NCBI GenBank assembly: GCA_963924565.1
Contig: OZ004612.1
Span: 8,370,001-8,434,000, forward strand
Direction: 5' to 3'
DNA: 64,000 nucleotides
DNA from: Ascidiella aspersa
Lineage: Eukaryota
The notes under the pieces are model-generated. The model saw only the letters and a list, made by a program, of their open reading frames with translations, searched no databases and was not told where the DNA came from. Shown here one piece after another: positions 1 to 11,814 of this stretch. The stretch's first letter is position 1. Each line of letters starts with the position of its first letter. A program made the translations under genes and the position numbers.

Positions 1-451
1 TTACTGATAAATTTCTTGGGGGTCTTGGTCCAACATGCTTCGAGAAAAATCGGTTCAAATCATTTCCCTAGAGAAACCATGTTGACGTAGTTGCACTCCA
101 ACCAGTCCGGTACCTATTCAAAAATTAACAATAAAACTCAAACTTCAAAATTCCAAGCAAAAACAGGATCAGACATTTTTTAAGAAATATATATTCATAT
201 TTAAAATTATAGGCAACAATAAAATTAAAAAAGAAGTAAATAAATAAGTTATGAATTAAAAGAAAAGACTCTTTAAAATTAAAAATTAATATAATATACC
301 TGATCCCAATTCTAGGATTTTCCAGATGTTTTTGTTCTCCTTGGTGGCTAGTTTTGATGCATGTTTGGCGATAACAGTTGGCACCATGTATTTAAGACTT
401 GAGCAATCCCTGTCATACGTATCTGACCAGGGTCATAATAGGTTTCCAAAT
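1..451 (-). pseudogene. METTL27/WBSCR27-like class I SAM-dependent methyltransferase, disrupted, partial (continues off the left edge)
   Basis: Minus-strand exons 451-300 and 113-1 with AG/GT boundaries. They translate as LETYYD(x)WSDTYDRDCSSLKYMVP...KILELGS|GTGLVGVQLRQHGFSREMI*TDFSRSMLDQ, which parallels METTL27 (YDRWAPDYDQDV...ILDVACGTGLV...GVDGSPGMLEQ). Requires a 1-nt frameshift near 430-432 and has an in-frame TGA at 55-57. Confidence 0.7.
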
Positions 452-1277
452 CTACAAAAAGCAGCAGTTAAAAATGTTTGTAGGTTTAAGAGACTTTTTT
501 GCCATGATTATTACTAAAATATCTCAGATTTTCATAAACAAAAGTTAGAGGTGACACTTATACTTGAGCAAAGTGAAGAAACTTTAACCATGCAATACCC
601 CAAAAAGAGTAAGTGCTAGTTTTAGAAACTAATTAAATAATCTTTAAAATTGTTTTTGTTTGAAAAGACATCTCTGGATTTCACAACCTGCACTATACTT
701 TTCCTGTTAGAGATGGAACCATGTAGAACTGCTTCTATTCTCACAAAGCATGTCAAGCAATGGTTATATCATGGTAAAAAGTAGTTAAACATATATGCCT
801 AACACAAAAACTATTTTTAAAATCATAAGAAAATATTTATATTATATACTCTACCATGCTGCTTATATAAATAAGTCACACTAAAAAACTTTTGCTGGTG
901 AACATACTCACAAAGTAGTTTTGTATAACATGTGAATGCATGTTACAACTTAAATGTTTTCACAATGAATAAAAAATTGCCATGCATGTATGTGTTTGCT
1001 TCTTCGTTTAACTTTTTGTTATTCCAAATTATGGTTTTAAGATTATCATGATTTAGTCAACATTTTTCTCCTATTTTGGGGATGATACTTTTTTGTCATG
1101 AACCCAAGCAGGGGTAGGCAACCTCCAACTACAAGGCAGTGTTTCCATATACTTTAGCTATATTACCAAAACAAAATTTGACATTATGGGTTATTCCATG
1201 AATCTTTTTAGCTTAAAGGTGCCATGTATACTATGGAACTCTAAACAATGAAAGTTTATCACCAAATCAGTCCATAT

Positions 1278-1728
1278 TAGGGTTCCTCTCCGGGAATGTT
1301 TTGACGGGAAATTCCCGGGATTATTCTGCAACATAGCAAAACTTAAAAAAAATTGTCATTTTTGACTAATATAAAGAAAAAAAAATTACCAAACCTATTA
1401 AAGTCGTTGCTTGAGTTGCTTTTTTTGCGCTTACCAGCGGAAAAACGTAATTAAATTTATTTTACCAATAAAAATGCGCCTAACATGCGCGTGTTTTCTG
1501 TAAAAAACAAATAAGGGTGCTGACTTTAATACGAGAACGTCTTGTAAGATTGCAGAAGCAATACTACAGAACATAAATGAGCTTAATTAAACTTTGGAGC
1601 TAATATAAAGTAATTTTAATCATCATAATGACGTAATTAGGGCACGAAAATTTCGTCAGGATTCCCAGGAAGTTCCATTTGTCAATCCCGTTTCCCAGAA
1701 GTGAAAAAATCCGGGGAAAAGAACCCTA
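1278..1728. mobile_element. hAT-like MITE (TAGGGTTC termini), copy 1
   Basis: TAGGGTTC...GAACCCTA termini; flanks GTCCATAT/GTCCATGT (7/8 TSD); inverted copy at 14594-15090. Confidence 0.8.
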
Positions 1729-1851
1729 GTCCATGTTTTGTGCACGGCACCTATAATGGATACATACTGGGTTGAAAGCAAATTTTATTATCTAATTCTA
1801 TAAACGACATTCATGATTACTTAAGCCTCGCCTTTACGTCGTCCGAAATTG

Positions 1852-2063
1852 GGGGCTGGTCTAGAATCCTACCATTAATTTTTTGAAAGTTAAAAACCGA
1901 GTTTAAAAATGAAACTGCAAAGAGCAAATAAATTTGGGGTAATATTCATAATATTAATAATACTTGGCCCACCTGAACCCCAACGCTAACTCGCACCATA
2001 ACCCAAACAATGTTGGCCATGTAAAACCCTGATGATAATGTAGTAGAATTCTAGACCAGCGCC
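1852..2063. mobile_element. Merlin-like MITE family (GGCGCTGGTCTAGAATCCTACC TIR)
   Basis: About 22-bp TIRs with internal CTAACCC motifs; related copies at 2618-2770, ~5070-5240, 13990-14411 and ~15960-16110. Confidence 0.7.
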
Positions 2064-2249
2064 AAATAAATCCCAGGACTAAAAACTAATAAAATAACCA
2101 ACCGTTTAAATCTACAATAATGCTAAGTTGCATCTAAGTTACTTAAATAGATAATTAGTTTCCCATGTCAAAATGACAAGAACCCAACTTGCTCTCTATT
2201 CTTTTAATAAAAAACAATTTTTGCTACTTGCGGTCGTCCTTTAAGTTGT

Positions 2250-5200
2250 CGTAGATACTTAAACATGCATTGTGAGGTCCCAAATCCAAGCATTATAGGA
2301 AAGTTTCCTATTGGCTGAAATTTTATGACGTCACAGACGCTCAGCTGAGCGGCCGAACTAGGACTTAAGAGTTGAACAAACTATCGACCTCAATAATACA
2401 TTAGCAGAGAAGCTATTTTTTTTTTATTTTAACAGTTTGAATAGTTTAGTTATAGATTTTCGCACGGTTCTTCAATTTTTTATAAAAAAACAGATTGCTG
2501 TCATTAGTTACCAATGACGCTTTTTTGACTCGCTTAGCATTAAGCAAGCCTAAGCCCTGCTTAAAATGCCATCTTTTTGAATAACTAAGAAATTTACTTT
2601 TTATAAGTTAAGAGTTTGGCGCTGGTCTAGAATCCTACCACAATTATTAAATCAGCGCACAATTTTTAGTTAGCGTTTGGGTGTGTCAAGTATTATTATA
2701 TTTTTTATTTAATAATAATACTTGACCAACCCTAACCCAAATAAGTGCGTTGTGGTAAGATTCTAGACCAATTTTAACTGCTTTTTTAAGAACCCCTTTG
2801 CAAACCCAAATTAAAAGAGGCTGTCTATTGGTTACAATTGTATTCATTCCGGCATATCTGCTAAATCAAATTTCCAAAAGCACAATGCATTTTATTTTTT
2901 GAATAACTCGTACAAACACGACAACAATTTTTTGCAGTAAACTATTTTAAAAGTAATAAAATATAATTAATAACATAAATATGAAGCTGACCCAAAACAA
3001 AATCTATCAACATGTAAATGCTCTTTAGGTATACATGTGTATGTTTTTAAGCTGTTGTTTAACCCCATTATTATGAAATTCATTTTTATTGCAAGATAAT
3101 GGAACACAATGTAAGCGTTTCAATGTAAAAAAATGTTGTTGCACTTTGTTGAGGATGATTGCTTCTCCAGTGCTATGGGGTCACTTTGATTTTTTTCCTG
3201 CTCTACATGGTGACTTTGACAACAGGTCCTTCTGCCCAAGAAACTAACATTTCCTCCAAGTGTGTTTCCTCAAACCCAAGCAGGTATATTACAGCTACCG
3301 GCTAAAGGTCCTGCTTGTAAAATACAAAAAAACCTAATGACCACAAAAGATTACCTTAAGGATGCGGTTGGAAAATCTTGATATCTAAAAAAATTTAGAG
3401 GTTGTAAATTAATAATTGTGATACCAGTCAACTCCTTTTTAGGTATTAATGAATTGTTGTTGGTAAAGTCACTAACATGTACATAAAATGTAATGCCAGG
3501 TGCAGAATTTTTTTTTATCAGGAATAGTTAACAAAAGTAGCTTTCTGTTAAAAGAAACTATAATAGCATTTAAATATCATGATTCTATAATTAAAATTTC
3601 TCTATATTTATTCATGCAGAGTAAAAGATTACTTTAGCATTGAGCAAACACATGTATATACATGTAGATAGATGCTCGACAAATTTGTACTAAATTAACA
3701 AATGGTATGTTAGACCTAAGTTAAGAATACTACTTTATATATTGATAAGCAAATATTAGTGTGTGTTGTTCTGTTTTTTTTTTTTATACCTACTATTTCA
3801 AAATACCTTGTTATTCTACTTTGGACATTGTTAGTTTAAAATAAAACCTTTTGTTGAGATTAAATTTATCAATTAAGAAAATAAAGGAAGCAATACAAAT
3901 AATGTCTTAGATTGCTTAGAATAATTATTAAAATTTGAAATTCTTTATGCTAATGCTTATTTTTTATTTCACTTACAAGAAAAACCAATTGGGTTGCCAA
4001 AGCTTAGTCTTCATACCTAAGCTTAATATTTGGGTGGCTGCGAAAAAAGGTTGAGAAGCACTGGCTTACATCATGTTCCATTTATCTTGCAATAAAAATA
4101 AATTGTTTTTGCAATTTAATATTTTTCTCTTTCATAATACTTGCATTTAACAACAGCTTAAAATCATACAGATAAATATTTAAAGCATTTACATTTTGAA
4201 AGATTTTGTTTTTGGGTCTTTTTCACATTTATTATTTATATTTTAATACATTTAAAAAAGTTTACTGCAAAAGTTTGTTGTCGTTTTTGATTGAGTTATT
4301 CAAGGAATAAAATGTGTTGTACTTTTGTAAAATTGATTAGGCAGATATGCGAGAATGAATACTATTGCAACCAATAGACATCTTTTTTGGGGGGAGGTGG
4401 GGTTGCAAAGTGGTTCTTAAAAAAGCAGTTAAAATTAAAACTCTTAACTTGTAAAGAGTAATTCGTTAGTTATTCAAAAAGATGGCATTTTAAGCAGGGC
4501 TTAGGCTTGCTTAATGCTAAGCGAGTCAAAAAAGCGTCATTGGTAACTAATGACAGCAATCTGTTTTTTAGCAAAGATTGAAGAACTGGGTGAAAATCTA
4601 TGTTTAGGTTTGGGTGGGTGTGTGGGGCACGGGGTTAGTAGTTTAAGCTTCTGACTCCCGTTTTAAGTTGACTAGAAGGTTGCGTGCGTATAACTCGTTC
4701 GCCAACCACAATGCTTCTGGTGATTAATAATTGTATTATCTGATAAGCGAAAACCCAGTTGAAACTATAGTAGGCGGACAAGTTAGCATATAGGAGATGC
4801 TACTTGCAAATGTCAAAGTTGCGAACAGCACAAGACGTCAACAAAGAAGAAATTAGTTTACAAGCGGATAGCGGCAGTCTTAAATAGCTACCGACAATCC
4901 AACTGCTGACTGCAGAAACAGGCCATTAGCATTTAACACTTTGGTGCGAGCAGCGTTCCTTCGCATAGACAATTATCGCTGACAAAGCAAATACATCACA
5001 AAAGTTACTGTAAATACAATAGCTCTTAAGTCGGTAAATTCATGCAAACTACAGGTGCAGTATTATTAATAAAAATACTGAACCCATCCTAACCAAAATA
5101 ATGTGCGTTGTGGTAGGATTGTAGACCAGCGCCAAATCTATAACTAAACTATTCAAAGACACACCCAAACGCTAACTCGCACCCTAACCCAAATATTGTG

Positions 5201-6241
5201 CACTGATTTAATAATTGTGGTAGGATTCTAGACCAGCGCCAAACTCTTAACTTATAAAAAGTAAATTTCTTAGTTATTCAAAAAGATGGCATTTTAAGCA
5301 GGGCTTAGGCTTGCTTAATGCTAAGCGAGTCAAAAAAGCGTCATTGGTAACTAATGACAGCCAGGTTGGAAAGTTTGGCCTGCGCGGGGGATTTATCCCC
5401 CGCGCATTAGCACTTTCAGCCGCGGTCACAGCCGCGCATTTTATAGAAAATGTGTTCAGCCGCGCAAATCTGACTCGAGCAAACGCGCAAAACTTCAGTC
5501 GCGCAAACTTCTGTATGAAACTTAACAAGCACAAAAAAAATTGGCGTGCCGCATACTGAAGTTGCATAACATTTTTAAACGCTAGTCTATAAGACGTATA
5601 TAATATAATGCATCATATAGAATCCCCTGCGAAACGCTAAAAACGCACAGTTCGGCGTTTTGGTCACGCATCAGTGGACAACGGTCACGTGCATAGTGAC
5701 GTCAAATTAGGCAATATCGAGTAATATTGCATATTAAATGCTACACTATCAAACTTTTTAAATATTTACCTGCGCACTGCGCCCGCACACCAACCAAAAA
5801 TTGCGCAGTGATTCAAGTATTCTATGAACGCTGTAAGTTTAATATAAATTCGCAATTTACAACTTTCGGTAGCCTGATGGTTTATTTTCAGCCGCGCAAG
5901 TTTAAGTCGAAATTTTATTTTCAGCCGCGCATTTTTTCAGTTGCAAAACATCTCCCCCGCGCAATATCCAAAGTTTCCAATCTGGAATGACAGCAATCTG
6001 TTTTTTTATAAAAAAGTGAAGAACCGTGCGAAAATCTATAACTAAACTATTCAAACTGTTAAAATAAAAAAAAAATAGCTTCTCTGCTAATGTATTATTG
6101 AGGTCGATAGTTTGTTCAACTCTTAAGTCCTAGTTCGGCCGTTCAGCTGAGCGTCTGTGACGTCATAAAATTTCAGCCAATAGGAAACTTTCCTATAATG
6201 CTTGGATTTGGGACCTCACAATGCATGTTTAAGTATCTACC
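2250..6241. mobile_element. Non-autonomous Mutator/foldback-like DNA transposon with long TIRs
   Basis: 2251-~2665 is a near-perfect reverse complement of ~5195-5360 plus 5986-6240. 9-bp TSD TTAAGTTGT at 2241-2249 and 6242-6250. A more diverged inverted copy of ~2450-3110 lies at ~4070-4600. Confidence 0.8.
5361..5985. mobile_element. MITE nested in the right TIR of the foldback element
   Basis: CCAGGTTGGAAAGTTTGG...CCAAAGTTTCCAATCTGG termini; exact 8-bp TSD AATGACAG; subterminal CAGCCGCGC repeats; absent from the left arm. Confidence 0.85.
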
Positions 6242-6996
6242 TTAAGTTGTCGCAAGCGCACTCAAGTTTTTAAAATCCTTTTGTCACTTGTGGCGCTATT
6301 TACGAGTTATACTTAAAAAGTAGCAAATTTTATCAAAATCAGCGACAGAAATTTAATCGACAATAAAATGATTTTCTTATAAAACGTGTAGTTAGATTTA
6401 AGATTTTTAAAACTTTTGACAATATTACTATAGGCCTACCTGTTTTAACAACAGTGGAATTGAATTTTACACAAAGAGATTTCAACCTTGTTCAAGAAAA
6501 TATATATATGTATATTTTTTTAATGTAGGCTATTTTGCAGCCTACCAGTATTTTTTGTAAATTTATGTATACCAGAAACACAATTGTTCATCGGGTTTTT
6601 ATTGTGTATAACTGCATATTGGTATAATGAATTATTGTTTTATTTATGCCACGGGAGTATAGGCCTAAGTTAATTTTTATCTTGGAATTTAATAATTGCG
6701 GAGAATAGCAAGACGATGCAGTTGTTGTCGTACTGACATTACACAACGCAAATAGGACCGAGTTATACAGCCAAGATACAAGTGTATCGTAGATCCTAAT
6801 TTTATAAATGTGGACACTTGACAAAGTATGTGACAATATGATTGAATAAAGTTTATACGATCACTCCCTTTAAAAATGGCGGTTTTCACTGACTGGTGCT
6901 GTTAAAGGACAACTATACCTCTTAACAAGGGGATTTGTGGTTGATAGGCCTACCAATTCCTTTCGTAATGATGACTTACCAACGCTTGCTAATTTA

Positions 6997-7505
6997 CAGT
7001 GTTGTAATGACTTAAGTCATTGACTTGACTTAAGTCACTGTTTTTAAATGACTTGACTTGACTTAAGTCCTTTGACCAAAATGACATGACTTGACTTAAG
7101 TTTTTTCGAGAAATGACTTGACTTAGACTTAAGTCATTTTGTCAAATAACTTGGGATTTAATTAAGTGTTTTTCATTAACATTTATCTCAAGTTTTACGT
7201 ATTAAACACTTTTATTGCTGTATATTGCGTTTGTGTTATTTTTTAGTCAAATTGCTGTTTATAATCGAACGAGTTCATCAATTTGATTAGGTTAACAGTT
7301 TACTTTTATACTTTTATGTCAATGACATGACTTGAAATTGCCTTGCTCTCACAATAACTTGACTGGGACTTGACTTGGACAACCGATAACTTGGACTGGG
7401 ACTTGACTTGTTATTTTTGCAAAAGACTTGACTTGGACTTAAGTTATTTTTCAAATGACTTGACTGGGACTTAAGTCATTTCAAAATGACTTGTTTACAA
7501 CCCTG
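6997..7505. mobile_element. hAT-like MITE with (GACTT)n subterminal arrays
   Basis: CAGTGTTGTAA...TTACAACCCTG termini and arrays of GACTT/AAGTC; related pieces at ~8870-8910, 10578-10945, 11815-11940, 13240-13597, 35700-35945 and 37395-37590. Confidence 0.75.
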
Positions 7506-8997
7506 ATAATATATGTTTTCCTTTTTGTAAAAGCTTCTCAGACGATGTGAGGTGTTCACATCTCTAGCTTACATCATGACAAAACAGGACCAAATCATTA
7601 GACAAAACCTGATAAAATGCTGTTAAAAACATTATGCAATAAAAAAGTTAAACGTATGATGACTATAGTGTGACAGCTTATCGCATATTTACGTCTAGAT
7701 TTCTTGTTTTTAATCTACCGGTACAGTATTTTCATTTTTATACTTTTTGGTACCGGTATAAACTGGGTAGGCCTAGCGCATTTTCGTTTTGGTCAGCAGA
7801 AAACCTCGGTTTATGACTTCGTTTGCACCAGAAGAGCCATTTCCATCTATTGATATTTTTTGCTGGTGGAGTTAACTTTATTTGTAAGTAGATTACTAGC
7901 ATTGGATTTATCCTAAAATAGTACTGATTAGCCTCTACTCAGTCTGCTTCTCAACTGAAACCTTTTTAATTTTGTATTACTGTTTATTATTATTGCCAAT
8001 GAGCCTTTGTTAACTATTGGAGAAAACTAAACGAGATCAAATTGCCAGTTAGCCAATCCTAAATGCTGATTAGCAGCAGTTCACTGAAAAACGGCTCCAG
8101 TTGAACCAAGAGCAGCTTAAACAACACCGGTTAACGTCTATACGTGAGAATTCCTTTGCTTGAAAGGCATGGAACGTTCAAAAATACGGCAACACGCAAA
8201 TCCGGCATGGGAGACAAAATACGCTATAGACAGTGAACTTTTGTTAAAATTTATGCTTTAGCTATAAATGTGTCAAAGTTCTTTCAAGTCAAAGTCGATT
8301 AGAATGCACATAAATCGTTTACAAAATTAAAAAAAAACACTATCGTCAGATTTTAGAAATTTTCGTTCATCTTTCTGATTAGGACAAATGTATGTAACAG
8401 TATTTTGATTTTTTTTACCTTTTATACCTTCTATTTCAACTGTTTAAACAACATATTTCTAAAATAAAAAACAGCGTTTTTTCCGTTTTTCATACTTGTT
8501 TATTTTGAAATGACAAAAATACCAACTACATATTCCCAAGAGTATTGCATAAACCCGATAAAAGGACTGAATTGTGTTTTACCGGTAGTCAGTAATAATA
8601 CATGAAAACGAGTGGCTAAAGACTTCAAGGCACTATTGCAGTAGGCCTACTTCAAACAACAATATGTTGTTTAAATTAATTTTTTTCTTATATGTCAAAA
8701 TTTTGTTAAAATAAGATATTTTTAGGTTAAAATTTCTAAATTTTTAGGTCAAAAAATAATCGCCCTACTTATGACGTTAAAAAGCGCGTTTATTTGCTAC
8801 AACAACAAAATTTTAAGTGTAACGACTCGACTTGACTAACGTATTTAAAACAAACCACTTGAAAACTTCAGTTACCGGTATTTTGCCAATGACTTGACTG
8901 GGACTTAATTCATTACACAGATAAGAACAACACGAATTACCAAAAGAATAAAAACCACCTACACCAATTAAAGCAAAATACAGCCCAAAGCCTCAAT

Positions 8998-11376
8998 TTA
9001 TTCTTGAAATGCTTGCAATTCCTCAGCGGTGTACAGCGCCCCGGCCATTCCCGAAGTAATGTCGGTGTTGTTGTTAGTGGGCGTCGATTTCAACATGTCG
9101 ACGTACTCTTTGGGCAGGCAGTTGCGTTCCGCGCCTTGAATGCCTACCTGCAAGCGTAGGAAATATTTGGCGTTTTACAGTATTCCGATAAAATGATTCC
9201 TTTTATTTAAAGAAGTATCACAACCGACATATCCAGGCTTTTGTTCATTAAATATTAGGCCAAATAAGCCCGTGCCTGCGTCATCTATAGACTTTTCAAA
9301 ACCCAATGTCCAATGTCAAATCACGATATTTACTCAAAATACGTTGAATAACATACACCTATGCTTTTCTAAAAATGTAGTTTTCTAAGCTGCCCCGGAA
9401 AATACTATGTACTACTTTTAGAAGTACCGGTACTCCACAACACATTACCCATATTTTCGACAAAAAAAGTTTAGTTTAGAGGTCCAATCTGTTACAAATT
9501 AACGTCATTCCCCTTTAAGAAGAGCAATAGAGATAAAGTTTGAACTTTAAATCGTTATGTTTCCTTGTCTCTAACCAACGAGATTGCAAACTGTGCTCAA
9601 AATGCGTCCGATTCTCTCGGCATCCACCCGACGAATGCTGATGCGACACAACGCAATCCAAAACGAAATCGCACACAAAGATATCACGCAGTGAAGCAAG
9701 GTCATTACGCCGAACAACCTCAACAGGATGTTTGACATGTTACCGGTTGCCAAATATGTGCGGCCCTCACCGGACAGAGACCAAATTGAGTGCGCGCGTT
9801 GAAACGGGTCATGGCGATGACCAGAGTTGTTTAAAGTTTAAACGACTGTAAATGTGCATGCGTTGTTTTCTCGTTTGTTGTTTTTCATTTCGTGATCTTT
9901 ACAATTTTTGCTTTGAAATGTATGTATCGCAAGGTAGCTTTAAAGAGAGGTTAATACCGTCTCTCGTATGCGAATTTGCTATGAGGTTCCTGATTTTGCT
10001 GGTTTTCTCAAATTAATGTTTGCTAAATGCATATGTCGCAAAGTTGTTTTAAGTTGGGGTAAAGTGTGGACTGTAGCTTGTTTGATTTCGCTTTAAATTT
10101 GTGTTTTGTTAAATGAGCCAATCGCAAGGATTGTCATTTAAGAGGGGGTAAATGTCACAAATTTAATTATTGTAGCCCCTTTGTACGGAACTGATGCGTT
10201 AGGCCGCGGGAGCCGCCGTCCGGGTCGGCTACCCGTCGCCACGGTTTCCCCTCAGGAATAGGACATTGTGTGAATTTCGCAGCCTCGGTTTTCTCAGCGC
10301 TGCGTGATATCTTTGTGTGCGATTTCGTTTTGGATTGCGTTGTGTCGCATCAGCATTCGTCGGGTGGATGTCGAGAGAATCGGACGCATTTTGAGCACAG
10401 TTTGCAATCTCGTTGGTTAGAGACAAGATGTAGCCTTATGCGAACACTTGGTGTGCATGGTTATTTGCCTTATACTGATTATCGTTCTGTCCAATAAACG
10501 TCTTGCTCGAGAAAGTAAAGTCATTCCTATCCTTAGCAGCTACTTTGGGGATTGTGTCCCGAACTAGTCTGCGACATTTGTAATGACTCAAGTCAGGTCA
10601 TTATAATTATGACTTAGTGTACTTAGGTCACTGTTTTTGAATGACTTGACTTAAGTCATTAGGACAAATGGCTTGGGTTGAAATCACGTGTTTTTGTTGC
10701 CGGCTTTTACAACATTTTCGTATTTATACAATTTTTTGCACATAAAACAATTTGCTTGCTATATGTTTGTTTTTTTGTATTGTTTAGTTCAGTTGTTGCT
10801 CATAATCTTACGAGTTTATCAATTCTAAAAGTTTAACGTTTTATCTTGATAAGAAGGACTTGGACAACCAATGACTTGACTCGGACTTAAGTTATTTCAC
10901 AAATTACTTGAATTTCACTTTTCAAAATGACTTGTTAACAGCACCGGTGTAAGTTAATTATCTGTTCTGATACGATGCTATTGATATCATCTTCCCCAAA
11001 CCTGCAGATATTGCGGCGATGGAAGGCCGAGGTCGCTTTCCGTGCACGCGCGCCAAAAGGATCGGCAATCTAACGCTCTTCCGTCGGCGCTGACGACCGT
11101 ACACGTGACGGTGCTGAACTCGATGTCGGCGCCCTTTTCGGTGCCTTGCAATCCGGGCAGGTCGTTTTCTTCTATCCGCCAGACGACGCCCCAGAGCGCC
11201 TTGCCTTTTGCCGGCCTCACGTTGCCGCAAGCTCCCTTCCATTCTTCCTTGTAGCCGATGAAGACCAGCTCGTGGTCGGGTAGCTTGGCAGCGCTCTCTC
11301 TCACTGCGTTTGGGCACGACTGGTGCAAGCGCTTTGGAGACATGTTGCTTAGGTAAGCAAAGTAGTACAGAGCCAT
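8998..11376 (-). CDS. GGCT: gamma-glutamylcyclotransferase-like protein (~174 aa; coding exons 11376-11002 and 9147-8998)
   Basis: YFAY(L)SN, WGVVWR, CRS, PSPQY and GA..N.LP.EY motifs of the GGCT family; phase-0 GT-AG intron; exon 2 reads VGIQGAERNCLPKEYVDMLKS...QE*. Confidence 0.85.
9564..10427. mobile_element. Non-autonomous DNA transposon with ~128-bp TIRs in the GGCT intron
   Basis: 9564-~9691 is a near-perfect reverse complement of ~10300-10427; no clear TSD seen. Confidence 0.75.
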
Positions 11377-11517
11377 TTCCGCGAGTGGCCAAGCTAAAAA
11401 AACGGCTATATGTCTGCACGTCCCTTTGAATAGCACCTTTAAGCAACAAGGCAAAGGTGACTGGTTAACATTTTGTGGACTGGCAAAGTTATTAAGTTAA
11501 AAACGATAGGTAACTGA

Positions 11518-11814
11518 CAGGGCAAGCGCCCCTCCTGCGCTTTGCTAAGGGGGGCAAAAGTGCCCATTTCATGGAAAATGATAAATGCTTCCACAACGTT
11601 AAATACGGAAAAATGCAAAAAAAAATTGTAAAATAACATGGTTAACATTTTTGGTACCAATTTAAGCCAATCTAAAGGGCGTGGCCGCAAATTTTTTTCC
11701 GGGGGAGTACCCCCGTACCCCAAAATCTTTCGGCTTGTTACGCTCGCCTGCGGTCTATGCTGCCCTTACCAAAAAAGTCGCCCCCCTTGCCCTAAAATCG
11801 CTCCGGCGTCCCTG
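11518..11814. mobile_element. hAT-like MITE
   Basis: CAGGG...CCCTG termini; flanks GTAACTGA/GTCACTGA (7/8). Confidence 0.65.

Noticed and set aside
55-57. In-frame TGA as selenocysteine
   Set aside because: It aligns to a Gly position rather than Cys, and the gene also carries a frameshift
660-790. Possible further methyltransferase exon
   Set aside because: Multiple stops and too weak a resemblance to support
3140-3400. Possible captured exon inside the foldback element
   Set aside because: No frame gave a recognisable protein
5274-5990. Short ORFs in the nested MITE
   Set aside because: They arise from CCGCGC-type subterminal repeats and show no transposase motifs
10958-11449. 163-aa alternative-frame ORF over GGCT exon 1
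   Set aside because: Arg-rich shadow frame of a GC-rich exon with no recognisable motifs
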